In this document: positions 35,781 to 44,922 of the stretch, one piece after another
Layout of the letters: each line of letters opens with the position of its first letter
Position numbering within the stretch: position 1 is the first letter of the stretch
Assembly (NCBI GenBank): GCA_022839105.1
Contig: JALHDH010000002.1
Span: 8,943-72,942 of the forward strand
Source of the DNA: a bacterium
Lineage (GTDB): Bacteria; Vulcanimicrobiota; Xenobia; Xenobiales; Xenobiaceae
DNA length: 64,000 nucleotides
Reading direction: 5' to 3'
Notes under the pieces: model-generated
Told to the model about the DNA's origin: nothing
The model's input: the letters and a program-made list of their open reading frames with translations, nothing else
Databases searched by the model: none
Position numbers and translations under genes: made by a program

Positions 35781-36711
35781 ATTCTTTCGATATCGCTGCA
35801 TGCGGGCTCGCAGGTTGTTCATGAGCTCGCTGCTGGCGCTGCTCGTCCTGGAATCGGCCGTCGTGCATCTTGGTTTCAGGTGGGACGATTTTCCTGCTCG
35901 TCTGGAGGACTTCAACTGGCGTCGGGCAAGCGAGGCGCCTGAGGTTGTCGTCCTCGGAACCTGCCTGTCGGTTGGCCTGCACCCGCGATTCCTGGAGTCG
36001 GAGTTGGGGGGAACGGCAAAGGTCTACAACCTGTCTCGCGGGGATACCTATGCCCTGAACTGGTATCTCCTGGCGATCAACCACGTGCTGAAGCGTCCGG
36101 GGGACCGGACGATTCTCATGGTGCATCATCCTTCGGAGCTTCTGACTCCCGTCGGCGCAAGCGAGGGGGAGGCGGTTGTCTTGGACCTGGCCTCCTGGTC
36201 GGACATGCCCCTTGTGCTCCGGATGGCCTCGGAGCCTGGGCGAAGCCCTCTCCATCTCCTGTTGGCGAAGATCTGGCGGACCTATCGATATCGACACTTC
36301 ATGGCTTCGGCCCTGTGGCAGGGCCTGGGCATCCAGGGCGCATTGCCCGACGAGGCTTCCCTCGAATTGCGCCCGGAGGCTCCCGCCACCAGGGCTGAGA
36401 GGCAGGCCCGGGCCCTGAATTGCCTCAAGCTCCTGCTGGATGCAGCCCACGAACAACAGACTCAGGTCTTCTTCGTTCCTTTGCCTGAGCGGAATTCTCC
36501 GAAAGCAGCGGGCGAGGACCGGGTGTGGCAGGCTGTCGCGCCTTTGGGCGCGAGCTTCCTGGATGTTCGGGAACAGGTTCCGGTGGCTCCCGGCGATTTC
36601 TGGACCAGCAGGCACATGACCGATCAGGGGAGCCAGAAGTTCTGTCGCGTCCTGGCCAGCGCTTTGAAACGCCACCTCAGCCTTGGGGCGGATGCCGCAT
36701 CCCGGCCATGA
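35749..36711 (+). CDS. Membrane-anchored periplasmic partner of the MBOAT (divergent AlgJ/DltD-like)
   Basis: 320 aa. A GGAG RBS precedes the ATG at 35749, which overlaps the MBOAT end by 32 nt (alternative ATG at 35800). It has one TM (MSSLLALLVLESAVV). The C-terminal FWTSRHMTDQG weakly resembles the DxxHW motif of AlgX/AlgJ. Confidence 0.45.
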   Translation: MADLSSISNSRFFRYRCMRARRLFMSSLLALLVLESAVVHLGFRWDDFPARLEDFNWRRASEAPEVVVLGTCLSVGLHPRFLESELGGTAKVYNLSRGDTYALNWYLLAINHVLKRPGDRTILMVHHPSELLTPVGASEGEAVVLDLASWSDMPLVLRMASEPGRSPLHLLLAKIWRTYRYRHFMASALWQGLGIQGALPDEASLELRPEAPATRAERQARALNCLKLLLDAAHEQQTQVFFVPLPERNSPKAAGEDRVWQAVAPLGASFLDVREQVPVAPGDFWTSRHMTDQGSQKFCRVLASALKRHLSLGADAASRP

Positions 36712-36887
36712 AGACGCATGAGTGCATCTGCATTCGGTTGGGCACGGCAGAGCTCCAGACTACGAAGTCTTGAACGATTCAGGCCCACGAACTCGTGCTT
36801 CAGCAGATAGGATTGATGCCCACGCTTGACGGCCGATCCTGCGAGGAACGGATGGGTCGCGCAGTCGTACCGCGCAGGACCCGGGCG

Positions 36888-36931
36888 GAACCAAGAAAGC
36901 CGGGTCTGGGGCCCGGAGGCTCCAGACCCGG
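36888..36931 (-). terminator. Rho-independent terminator after the PLP-enzyme gene
   Basis: Perfect 10-bp stem CCGGGTCTGG/CCAGACCCGG (36900-36931) with a 12-nt loop. On the minus strand it is followed by CTTTCTTGG (36888-36899). It lies 25 nt below the stop at 36956. Confidence 0.45.
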
Positions 36932-36955
36932 CTCTTCATCCGGGAATCGGGAGGG

Positions 36956-38407
36956 TCAGTTCAGGCCGGTGGCCTGGTTGAACTCCTCGATCAGCTTGTC
37001 CAGCGGGTCGAGGCTCTCCTGCAACTGGCTCCAGTACCCGGCATCGTACCACTGGGCCTGGATCTCCTCGTAGGTCTTTCCCTGCTGCTCGACCCAGGTA
37101 TAGTACTTCAGGTTGTGGACGCGCTTGCGGTCCGCGTAGGTCAGCTCCTGCATCCAGTCCGTCGTGGTCCCCAGCATGTAGCGGTGGAAGGCCACGGCGG
37201 CGTCGGTGGCGGTGAAGGGGCCCCGGGCCTGGTTCATCTCGCGCAGGCGGCTGGTGTACATCTCGGCTGAGTCGGTGAACATGGTCATCACCACGTCGTC
37301 CGAGGTCAGCTCGTAGTACTTCGCCATCTTGATGGCCGAGAGCACGTTGGAGACCGAGCTGATGCCCAGCCACGACAACTTCTCGATCAGTTCCGGCTTG
37401 AGACCCTGGCTGGCCAGGTAGCAATGCCCTTCGGGCTCGTTGAGCAGTCGCATCAGGGTCATGGTCGCCTCGTCGTCGATGGCCACGACCATGTCGGTGT
37501 TCTTGACGTTGTGCACCCAGGGGACGTGCTTGTCCCCGATCCCCTCGATGCGGTGTCCGCCGAAGCCGTTGGTCAGCAGGGTCGGGCACTGGATGGCCTC
37601 GGAGGCGGCGATCTTCGAGGTGGGGAAGAGGTTCTTCATGTAGTCGCCGGCGGCGATGGTCCCCGCCGAGCCGGTGGCCGAGACCAGGCCGCGATAGGTG
37701 CCGCCCACCTGCCGGAGGGCCTCCTCCATGGCTGGTCCGGTCACGTGGTAGTGCCACAGGTAGTTGCCGAACTCGTCAAACTGGTTGAAGATCACCAGGT
37801 CCTGGCCGGACTTGCGCAGCTCCCAGCACTTGTCGAAGATCTCCTTGACGTTGCTCTCGCAGCCCGGGGTGGCGATGATCTCACCGGCCACGCTCTTGAG
37901 CCAGTCGAAGCGCTCCTGGCTCATCTCCTCGGGCAGGATGGCGATCGACTCGCAGCCCAGCAGGACCGAGTCGTAGGCCCCGCCCCGGCAATAGTTGCCG
38001 GTCGAGGGCCAGACCGCCTTCTGGCGGGTGGGGTCGAACTGACCGGTTACCAGGCGCGGGACCAGGCACCCGAAAGCGGCTCCGACCTTGTGGGCGCCCG
38101 TGGGGAACCACTTGCCGGCCAGACCCACGATCCTTGCCGGAACCCCGGTGAGCTCGGAGGGCAACTCCACGTAGTTGACCGGCCCGAAACCGCCACCGTG
38201 GGCCACAGGCTCGTTGTGCCAGGTGATCCGGAACAGGTTCAGGGGGTTGATGTCCCACAGCCCGATGTTCTTCAGGCCCTCCACCACATCCGCCGGGATC
38301 AGCTCGGGGTGGCGCATCTGCTTGAAGGTGGGGATTCGGATCTTGCGCTCGCGGGCGCGTTCCACGACGCGCTTCAGGGCCTCAGGGTTTACGGTCAGGT
38401 CAATCAT
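36956..38407 (-). CDS. PLP-dependent enzyme of the Trp-synthase-beta/cysteine-synthase (PALP) fold with N- and C-terminal extensions
   Basis: 483 aa. The PALP core FPTGAHKVGAAF...WPSTGNYCRGGAYDSVLLG...ILPEEMSQERFDWLKSVAGEIIATPG aligns to CysK NPSGSIKDR...TSGNTG...PE.MS.ER. Specific function is unknown. GC is lower than in flanking genes. Confidence 0.6.
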   Translation of the reverse strand: MIDLTVNPEALKRVVERARERKIRIPTFKQMRHPELIPADVVEGLKNIGLWDINPLNLFRITWHNEPVAHGGGFGPVNYVELPSELTGVPARIVGLAGKWFPTGAHKVGAAFGCLVPRLVTGQFDPTRQKAVWPSTGNYCRGGAYDSVLLGCESIAILPEEMSQERFDWLKSVAGEIIATPGCESNVKEIFDKCWELRKSGQDLVIFNQFDEFGNYLWHYHVTGPAMEEALRQVGGTYRGLVSATGSAGTIAAGDYMKNLFPTSKIAASEAIQCPTLLTNGFGGHRIEGIGDKHVPWVHNVKNTDMVVAIDDEATMTLMRLLNEPEGHCYLASQGLKPELIEKLSWLGISSVSNVLSAIKMAKYYELTSDDVVMTMFTDSAEMYTSRLREMNQARGPFTATDAAVAFHRYMLGTTTDWMQELTYADRKRVHNLKYYTWVEQQGKTYEEIQAQWYDAGYWSQLQESLDPLDKLIEEFNQATGLN

Positions 38408-38502
38408 CGCGGTACCTCGGTCGGATCGTTTGCCCCGGATTCTGTGATTTCACCGGGTCTCTGGAAGGAGGGGGGCTGCACCCGGTCGGGAAGGCCCAAG
38501 CC

Positions 38503-39192
38503 ATGAGAGCCTTCCGACTGCTGAGCGCGCTTCTCCTCCTTGGAGTTTTCTCCTCCATCTCGCTGCAGGCGCGGCCGCTGCCCGCATCCGAGGTCCTCCC
38601 GGGGGTTCTGCCCGCGGGTCGCGAACTGGCTCGCCGGCTGGACTCCCTGAGGGTCGAGTCCCTGTGGCTGCGCGGCAGGCATCCCGTGGACTGGAGGACG
38701 GGTCGGGCGACCGGTCCGGATCGCTTCGAGAATCCCCGGACCCGATGCAGTCAGTTCGCCGCCGCAGCCTGCATGCGGCTCGGGGTCTACCTCCTGCGTC
38801 CGCCCCGGCACTCGCCCTATCTGCTGGCCAACGCCCAGTCCACCTGGCTTCACTCCCCGGAGGCCAGGCAGGAGGGCTGGGAGCCGCTCTCCGACGGGAT
38901 CGAGGCCCAGGCCCGCGCCAACCAGGGTTGGCTGGTGGTGGCCACCTGGCGGAATCCCGATCCCGGTCGCCCGGGGCACATCGCCCTGATCCGTCCGGAG
39001 ATCCGGACCGTGGAAGAGATTCAGGCCGCTGGGCCGGCGATCACGCAGGCCGGGCGGGAGAACTTCCGGCGGACCAGCCTGGTCCGGGGTTTCCGCAATC
39101 ACCCGGGGGCCTTCGAAAACGACGAGATCCGCTTCTTCGGCCATCCGATGGAGCAACCCGGGAACCTCCAGAGCCCGAATCCTGGTCCCTGA
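38503..39192 (+). CDS. Secreted hypothetical protein, possible CHAP-like Cys/His hydrolase
   Basis: Signal peptide MRAFRLLSALLLLGVFSSISLQARP. Candidate Cys is in TRCSQFAAAACMRLG and His in PGHIALIRPE. Confidence 0.45.
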   Translation: MRAFRLLSALLLLGVFSSISLQARPLPASEVLPGVLPAGRELARRLDSLRVESLWLRGRHPVDWRTGRATGPDRFENPRTRCSQFAAAACMRLGVYLLRPPRHSPYLLANAQSTWLHSPEARQEGWEPLSDGIEAQARANQGWLVVATWRNPDPGRPGHIALIRPEIRTVEEIQAAGPAITQAGRENFRRTSLVRGFRNHPGAFENDEIRFFGHPMEQPGNLQSPNPGP

Positions 39193-39217
39193 GCCTTGCT
39201 CGGAGCTCAGATCGGAC

Positions 39218-40027
39218 TCAGCCTTCCCGGGGAATGTCCAGGATCACCTGGGAGGTATAGGCCCTGGGCGAGGTGCTCGGGGCAGGCGAGAAGAGGCCCT
39301 TGCGATCCAGGCGATAGCGCAGGCAGACCGAGAGGATCTCCAGGCTCTGCTGGAGGAAGCGGACATTGCTGAGCTGGTCGGACTCTCGCCAGGAGATCGG
39401 GAAGAAATCGAAGCGGGCCCGGGCAGCCACCAGGTACATCAGCATGTAGACGTTGTAGTTCAGGTTGTCGGGGAAGGGGAGGTCGAAGCGGTCGGCCAGC
39501 AGCGCCGTCCGGAAGAGGTTCAGGCCGGAGCCCAGATCGGTCAAGCGGCGGCCGGCCACCAGCGAGACCAGGGCGTTGAAGACCAGGTTGCCCAGGATTC
39601 GGAACCGGGAGTAGCCCAAAAAGCGGCTGCCTCGGGTGAAGCGGCTTCCCAGGAAGGCGTCGAGTTCCAGGACCCGGCCTTCCTCGAGCCAGGGCAGCAG
39701 GTCCCGGACATCGGCCTGGTCATCTCCGTGCAGCACCGCGACGTGGGTGTACCCGTGTCGCAGCGCGTAGGAGAAGGCCACCTTGTGGCTGCCGCCCAGG
39801 CTATAGTTTGCGTCGTTGCGGAGCAGGACCAGGGGAAAGCCCGGGTGGAGCCGCGCCCAGGCCAGGACGGCCTCCTCGGTGCCATCGGTGCTGCGGTTGT
39901 CGACCAGGAGCACCCTGTGCACCTGCGCCATCACCCGGGGGTCGAGCTGGTCGAGAACCCGCACCACCTGCCGGGCGCAGTTGAAGGCGGGGATGAAGAG
40001 CAGCAGCCGGTTGGATGGAGTCTTCAA
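39218..40027 (-). CDS. Family-2 glycosyltransferase
   Basis: TTG start at L39 of ORF 40141 (G-rich RBS) gives M-KTPSNRLLLFIPAFNCARQV...LLVDNRSTDGTEE...VAVLHGDDQADV. The ATG at 40141 would add a 38-aa low-complexity N-terminus. Confidence 0.6.
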   Translation of the reverse strand: MKTPSNRLLLFIPAFNCARQVVRVLDQLDPRVMAQVHRVLLVDNRSTDGTEEAVLAWARLHPGFPLVLLRNDANYSLGGSHKVAFSYALRHGYTHVAVLHGDDQADVRDLLPWLEEGRVLELDAFLGSRFTRGSRFLGYSRFRILGNLVFNALVSLVAGRRLTDLGSGLNLFRTALLADRFDLPFPDNLNYNVYMLMYLVAARARFDFFPISWRESDQLSNVRFLQQSLEILSVCLRYRLDRKGLFSPAPSTSPRAYTSQVILDIPREG

Positions 40028-40186
40028 GATTCTCGAACCCCCTGGGGAATCGGGCTGGGAGGCTCCGGGTCCCGGGTCCGGTCGGGAGGACTCGAGGCCC
40101 TGCCCGCTCTCGGATTCCGCACCCGGATTTCTCCGGAACATGCGCAGTTTTGCACCAGGGTCGGGAAACCTGCCTTTTTGGGAGGC

Positions 40187-40954
40187 TCAGGGAGGGTCCA
40201 ACAGGACCCCCACCGGGCAATGGTCCGAGCCCTGGACCTGGGGCTGATGGAAGGACTCGAGCACCCGGGGATCCAGATCCTGATCTGCCACCACGTAGTC
40301 GATCCGCCAGCCGATATTCCTCTCGCGGACCCCCTTGCGGTGGCTCCACCAGGTATAGTGCCCTGGCTCGGGGCAGCGCATGCGGAAGGTGTCCACGAAG
40401 CCGGAGTCCAGGAGCCGGTCCATCCAGGCCCGCTCCTGGGGCAGGAAGCCCGCGTTGTCCTGGTTTTCCCGGGGATTGCGCAGGTCGATCTCGCGGTGGG
40501 CGATGTTGTAGTCGCCGCAGAGCAGCACGTGTCGGCCGCGCGAGCGAAGCCCCTCCAGCCACTTCAGGATGGCCTCGCAGAAGGCCAGCTTGAAGGGGAG
40601 CCGGGCGTGAGTGCGCTGGCTGTTGGGGAAGTAGGCGTTCACCACCGCCAGTCTGCCGAATTCCAGGGTCAGGACCCGCCCCTCCTCATCGAACTCGGGC
40701 TGGCCCAGTCCGTAGTGCACGACTTCAGGTGGTCTTCTCGAGAAGGTGGCCACCCCCGAGTAGCCGGGACGGCGGGCCGGGTTCCAGAAGGCGTGGTAGC
40801 CCGCGAAGGAATCGAGCTCCTCTTCAACCTGCTCGCGACGAGCCCGGATCTCCTGCAGGCAGACCACCTCGGCGGCCTGGGCCCGCACCCAGGAGAGCAG
40901 GCCCTTGCGAAAGCAGGATCGAATGCCGTTGACGTTCCAGGAGAGCAGTTTCAT
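40187..40954 (-). CDS. xthA: Exodeoxyribonuclease III (AP endonuclease)
   Basis: N-terminus MKLLSWNVNGIRS...VVCLQE. Also LLCGDYNIAH and WRIDYVVA. Confidence 0.85.
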   Translation of the reverse strand: MKLLSWNVNGIRSCFRKGLLSWVRAQAAEVVCLQEIRARREQVEEELDSFAGYHAFWNPARRPGYSGVATFSRRPPEVVHYGLGQPEFDEEGRVLTLEFGRLAVVNAYFPNSQRTHARLPFKLAFCEAILKWLEGLRSRGRHVLLCGDYNIAHREIDLRNPRENQDNAGFLPQERAWMDRLLDSGFVDTFRMRCPEPGHYTWWSHRKGVRERNIGWRIDYVVADQDLDPRVLESFHQPQVQGSDHCPVGVLLDPP

Positions 40955-41044
40955 CGGCCCGGAGCTTGGTCACTGGGGCCCGGGTTCCTCCGCCCGATGG
41001 AGCGTTTCCTTGAGGCTCATCCGAAGCCCTGAGAGGTCACACCC

Positions 41045-42883
41045 ATGTATTCTGGAGCCCTGCAGGCGGCCATCGAGGCCGCACGTCTCGCCGGAGACCT
41101 CCTCCTGGCCGAGTTCTGCCGCCCGGGAGGCCCCCGAGGCAGCTCCGGGCACGCCCCCGCAGACGGCCAGGCCGAGGGGCTGATCGCCGAATTGCTGCTG
41201 GGTCGCTTCCCCGAGTGGGGTTTCCGTGGGGAGGAAAGGCCGGAGCTTCGTCGGGGCGGCGAGCACGTCTGGGTGGTGGACCCCAACGACGGAACCAGCG
41301 CCTGGCTCGAGGGCTGGCGAGGCAGCGCGGTCTCGATCGCCCTGGTGCATCGGGGGCGTCCGGTGCTGGGTGTGGTGCATGCCTTCGCGGTGGGGGAGGG
41401 CGACCTCTTCGCCTGGGCTGAAGGCTGCGGTCCCGTGCTCCGCAATGGCGTCCCCCTGATCGCTCGGAGCTGGCCCGAGACCCTCTCGAATCGGGATGTG
41501 GTCCTGGTCTCCCAGCACGCCGACCATCGAGCCGGGTTCAACGCCCGGGCCGTCGCTCCGGCCCGCTTCCGGGCCGTTCCGGGAATCGCCTGGAGGCTGG
41601 CCCTGGTGGCGGCCGGGGAAGGGGCGGCGGCGGTCTCGCTCTCGGGTCCGGGCGACTGGGACTATGCGGCCGGGCACGCCCTGCTGCGCGGAGCGGGGGG
41701 AGACCTCTACGACGAGGCGGCCAGGCCCGTCGGTTACGATTCCCAGGGGCGCAGTTCCCTTGCGCGCTGCTTCGGAGGCTCCCAGCCCCTGGCCCGCGAG
41801 CTGGCTGGCCGGGACTGGAGCCTGGGTCCACCCCGGCCCTCCTCCCTGTGCTGGCCCTCACGAGGGCGCATCCTGACCGATCGGGGCCTCCTGGCCCGAG
41901 CCCAGGGGGTCCTGCTGGGGCAGGTCGCGGGAGATTCGCTGGGCAGCCTGGTGGAATTCTTGGACCCGGAGCAGATCCGGCGCCGTCATCCGGAAGGAGT
42001 CCGGGAACTGGCCGACGGGGGGACCTGGAACACGCTGGCAGGACAGCCGACCGACGATTCAGAGATGGCCCTGGCCCTGGCCCGGTCGATCCTGGCTTCG
42101 GGAGGGTGGTCTTCGAGTGCGTCGGCCTGGGCCTACGGGGCCTGGCTCCGCTCCGGGCCCTTCGATGTCGGGAACACGACCCGGACGGTCCTGGGCGGCC
42201 TCGGTGAGGACCATTCTCCCGAAGAGGCCGAGGGGATCTGCCGGGAGGCAGCGCTGCGGGTGGCCCGGCAGGGGGGGCAGGCCAATGGTTCGCTGATGCG
42301 GATCAGTTCGCTGGGGATCTTCGGGCATGCCCTGGAAACCGAGGTGCTGGTGGAGATGGCCCGCCGGGAGAGCGCCCTGACCCACGCCCATCCCGTCTGC
42401 GCGGATGCCTGCGCGGCCTTCGTGCTGGCCATCGCCTTCGCCTTGCGCACCGGCGGGGCGCCTCGGGAGGTCTGGGAGGTGGCCCGGGACTGGGCCCGCG
42501 AGCACGCCCACCCCGACGTGCTGGAGACGCTCGAGGCCGCCGACCAGGGGCCGCCGGCCCGCTTCACCACGCAGCAGGGCTGGGTCCGGACCGCCTTGCA
42601 GAACGCCTTCTATCGGTTGCTTCACGCCGGGAGCCTGGAGCAGGGCGTGGTGGAGACGGTGGCATGCGGGGGGGATACCGACACCAACGCGGCCATCGCG
42701 GGGGCCTTGCTGGGCGCCGTGCACGGACGCCAGGCGATCCCGAAAGGGTGGGAGGAGGCCGTCCTGACCTGCCGGGCGCTTCCTCCGGCTCCTCATCCGC
42801 GTCCCCAGGAGTACTGGCCGGTGGACGGGCTCATCCTGGCCGAGAACCTGGCGGTCCTGGGCCAGGAGGCGGCTTCGGACTGA
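41045..42883 (+). CDS. Fusion of an inositol-monophosphatase/CysQ-fold phosphatase with an ADP-ribosylglycohydrolase (ARH/DraG-like)
   Basis: 612 aa. The N-part has WVVDPNDGTSAW (DPxDGT) and WDYAAGHALL (WDxAAG). The C-part has GQVAGDSLGSLVEF, LMRISSLGIF and GGDTDTNAAIAGALLGA. Confidence 0.7.
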   Translation: MYSGALQAAIEAARLAGDLLLAEFCRPGGPRGSSGHAPADGQAEGLIAELLLGRFPEWGFRGEERPELRRGGEHVWVVDPNDGTSAWLEGWRGSAVSIALVHRGRPVLGVVHAFAVGEGDLFAWAEGCGPVLRNGVPLIARSWPETLSNRDVVLVSQHADHRAGFNARAVAPARFRAVPGIAWRLALVAAGEGAAAVSLSGPGDWDYAAGHALLRGAGGDLYDEAARPVGYDSQGRSSLARCFGGSQPLARELAGRDWSLGPPRPSSLCWPSRGRILTDRGLLARAQGVLLGQVAGDSLGSLVEFLDPEQIRRRHPEGVRELADGGTWNTLAGQPTDDSEMALALARSILASGGWSSSASAWAYGAWLRSGPFDVGNTTRTVLGGLGEDHSPEEAEGICREAALRVARQGGQANGSLMRISSLGIFGHALETEVLVEMARRESALTHAHPVCADACAAFVLAIAFALRTGGAPREVWEVARDWAREHAHPDVLETLEAADQGPPARFTTQQGWVRTALQNAFYRLLHAGSLEQGVVETVACGGDTDTNAAIAGALLGAVHGRQAIPKGWEEAVLTCRALPPAPHPRPQEYWPVDGLILAENLAVLGQEAASD

Positions 42884-42953
42884 GAGGCAGGGGCCCGGCC
42901 GGGGTGTCTCGCGGACAGCCCCGCCGGGCCGGGAGGGAGCTTCGGGTGGACGC

Positions 42954-43463
42954 TCAGAGGTCCTTGAGGAGATCCCGCCCCTTCTCGCTGACCGTGGCCA
43001 CCCAGTTGATGTGCCAGGCCAGTGCTTCGGGGGTCAGCCCGGCCAGGTCCAGCTCGGTCTGGCAATCCAGATCCCCGTGCTCGGGATCCAGCACGAACTT
43101 GGCGAAGGGGTGGCCATTGTTCAGTTCCATGGCCTTGCGCAGGAGCGCGGGGCTGAAGTCCTCGCCCGGCTCCCGGTCGACCAGGGTGCTGAAGATCAGG
43201 GCGTGCTTCTTCGATTCGTCCCAATAGACGACCAGTACATCCACGTCGGCCGCCGAGTCGCTCTGGAAGCGGACCAGGTAGCCCTCCCGGCCCAGGGAGT
43301 GGAAGTTCAGGCCCGTCTTCTCAATGAGCTCTCCCAGGTTTGGGGAGCCGCCCTGGGGTCGGGTGGAGTCTTCGGCCTGCGCCGGGGCCGAGAAGGTGAG
43401 CACGAGCATGAGGGCCAGGAGGCTCGCAAGCCTCCCCGCCAGGCGTCGATGGGATGGGTGCAT
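42954..43463 (-). CDS. Secreted YbjN-like (putative sensory-transduction regulator fold) protein
   Basis: Signal peptide ...LALMLVLTFSAPAQA. The remainder has a YbjN-like pattern. Confidence 0.45.
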   Translation of the reverse strand: MHPSHRRLAGRLASLLALMLVLTFSAPAQAEDSTRPQGGSPNLGELIEKTGLNFHSLGREGYLVRFQSDSAADVDVLVVYWDESKKHALIFSTLVDREPGEDFSPALLRKAMELNNGHPFAKFVLDPEHGDLDCQTELDLAGLTPEALAWHINWVATVSEKGRDLLKDL

Positions 43464-43575
43464 GAGGCCTCCTGGTGTGGTGGATGGATCCTGAGGCCTT
43501 CATTCAATGCCCGTCGGGCCACTCCTGGGGACGGCGGGATGGGGGAGCCGGGAGACCGGACGGATTGCCGGGAGG

Positions 43576-44922
43576 CTACTTCACGGCGCGAGACGCGGGC
43601 CGCTCGGGGGCGGCGGGGATCTCGCCCGAGGTCCGGTGCCTTGCCATGACCTCCAGGATCGTCTCGGCCAGGGTGACCGGGTCGTGGCGCACCAGCGAGT
43701 CCTCGTTCATCAGGTTGGCGGGGATCGGCTCGACTCCCAGTTCCCGGATTCGCGGCAGGTCCGGCTTGACGGGATGGGCCCCCTCCCTCTCATACTTGCT
43801 GAGCAGCCGGTTTGGGGGGGCCACGTTGACCACGGCATAGTCGACCAGCGGGCCTCCGACGTGGCGGTGAAGCGCTTCAAGGTGGTCGGCCGCGCTGTAT
43901 CCGTCGGTCTCTCCGGGCTGGGTCATCACGTTGCAGACATAGACCTTGGGAGCAGGACAGGCCCGCACCGCTTCGGCCACACCTTCCACCAGCAGGTTGG
44001 GGATCACGCTGGTGTACAGGCTTCCTGGCCCCAGGACCACCAGATCCGCTTCGGCGATCACCTTGAGGACCTCGGCTGGAGGGTGACAGCGCCGGGGCTC
44101 CAGATACACCTCCGAGACTGCTCCCTGGGCCTTGGGGATGTCGCTCTCGCCTCGGACGCAGCGGCCCTCCTTGAGGCGGGCGCACAGGGTGACCGGGGTC
44201 AGGGTGGCCGGCAGGACCCGGCCTCGGGTGGCCAGGATCTGGCTGGCGCGCTTCAAGGCCACCTCGAAGTCGCCGGAGAGCTCGGTCAGGGCCGCCAGGA
44301 AGAGATTGCCGAAGGAGTGCCCCTCCAGCCCCTGCCCGTCGCGGAAGCGGTATTGGAAGAGCTCGGAGAGGAGGCTCTCGTCGTCGGCCATGGCCACCAG
44401 GCAGTTGCGCAGGTCTCCAGGGGGAAGCATGCCCAGTTCCTTGGAAAGCCGTCCGGAGCTGCCTCCGTCATCCGAGACCGTCACGATGGCCACCAGGTTG
44501 GAGGTGTGGCTCTTGAGACCGCGCAGCAGGGTGGAAAGGCCAGTCCCTCCCCCCAGGGCCACGATCTTCAGTCCGTGTCCGAGTTGGCGTCGCTCGTACA
44601 GCAGTTCCACCAACCTCTTCTGATGGTGGGGGACGGCGGCGTGGTAGACCGAGAGGAACCATCGGTGCATCGACCAGAGCATGACGGCCAGGCCCGTCCC
44701 CACCAGGCACCAGTCGACCAGGGCGCTGGAGGGCCTCCAGCCCGTCCACGAGCCGACCAGCTCGATCAGCGCCAGTTCCAGGAGCAGGGCCGGCTTGTTG
44801 GTGGTCAGGAGCATCAGGCCCGTCGAGAAGGTGACCAGGCCGAGCAGGGAGAGGAAGAGCCAGCGCTTGATCCGCATGCCTGGCAACAGCCACTTCAGCG
44901 GAGCCAGGAGCCTGGTCTTCAC
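43576..44922 (-). CDS. yvcK: YvcK/UPF0052 gluconeogenesis-factor family protein (CofD-like) with an N-terminal TM extension
   Basis: Motifs KIVALGGGTGLSTLLRGLK and VSDDGGSSGRL. It overlaps rapZ by 4 nt. Confidence 0.8.
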   Translation of the reverse strand: MKTRLLAPLKWLLPGMRIKRWLFLSLLGLVTFSTGLMLLTTNKPALLLELALIELVGSWTGWRPSSALVDWCLVGTGLAVMLWSMHRWFLSVYHAAVPHHQKRLVELLYERRQLGHGLKIVALGGGTGLSTLLRGLKSHTSNLVAIVTVSDDGGSSGRLSKELGMLPPGDLRNCLVAMADDESLLSELFQYRFRDGQGLEGHSFGNLFLAALTELSGDFEVALKRASQILATRGRVLPATLTPVTLCARLKEGRCVRGESDIPKAQGAVSEVYLEPRRCHPPAEVLKVIAEADLVVLGPGSLYTSVIPNLLVEGVAEAVRACPAPKVYVCNVMTQPGETDGYSAADHLEALHRHVGGPLVDYAVVNVAPPNRLLSKYEREGAHPVKPDLPRIRELGVEPIPANLMNEDSLVRHDPVTLAETILEVMARHRTSGEIPAAPERPASRAVK

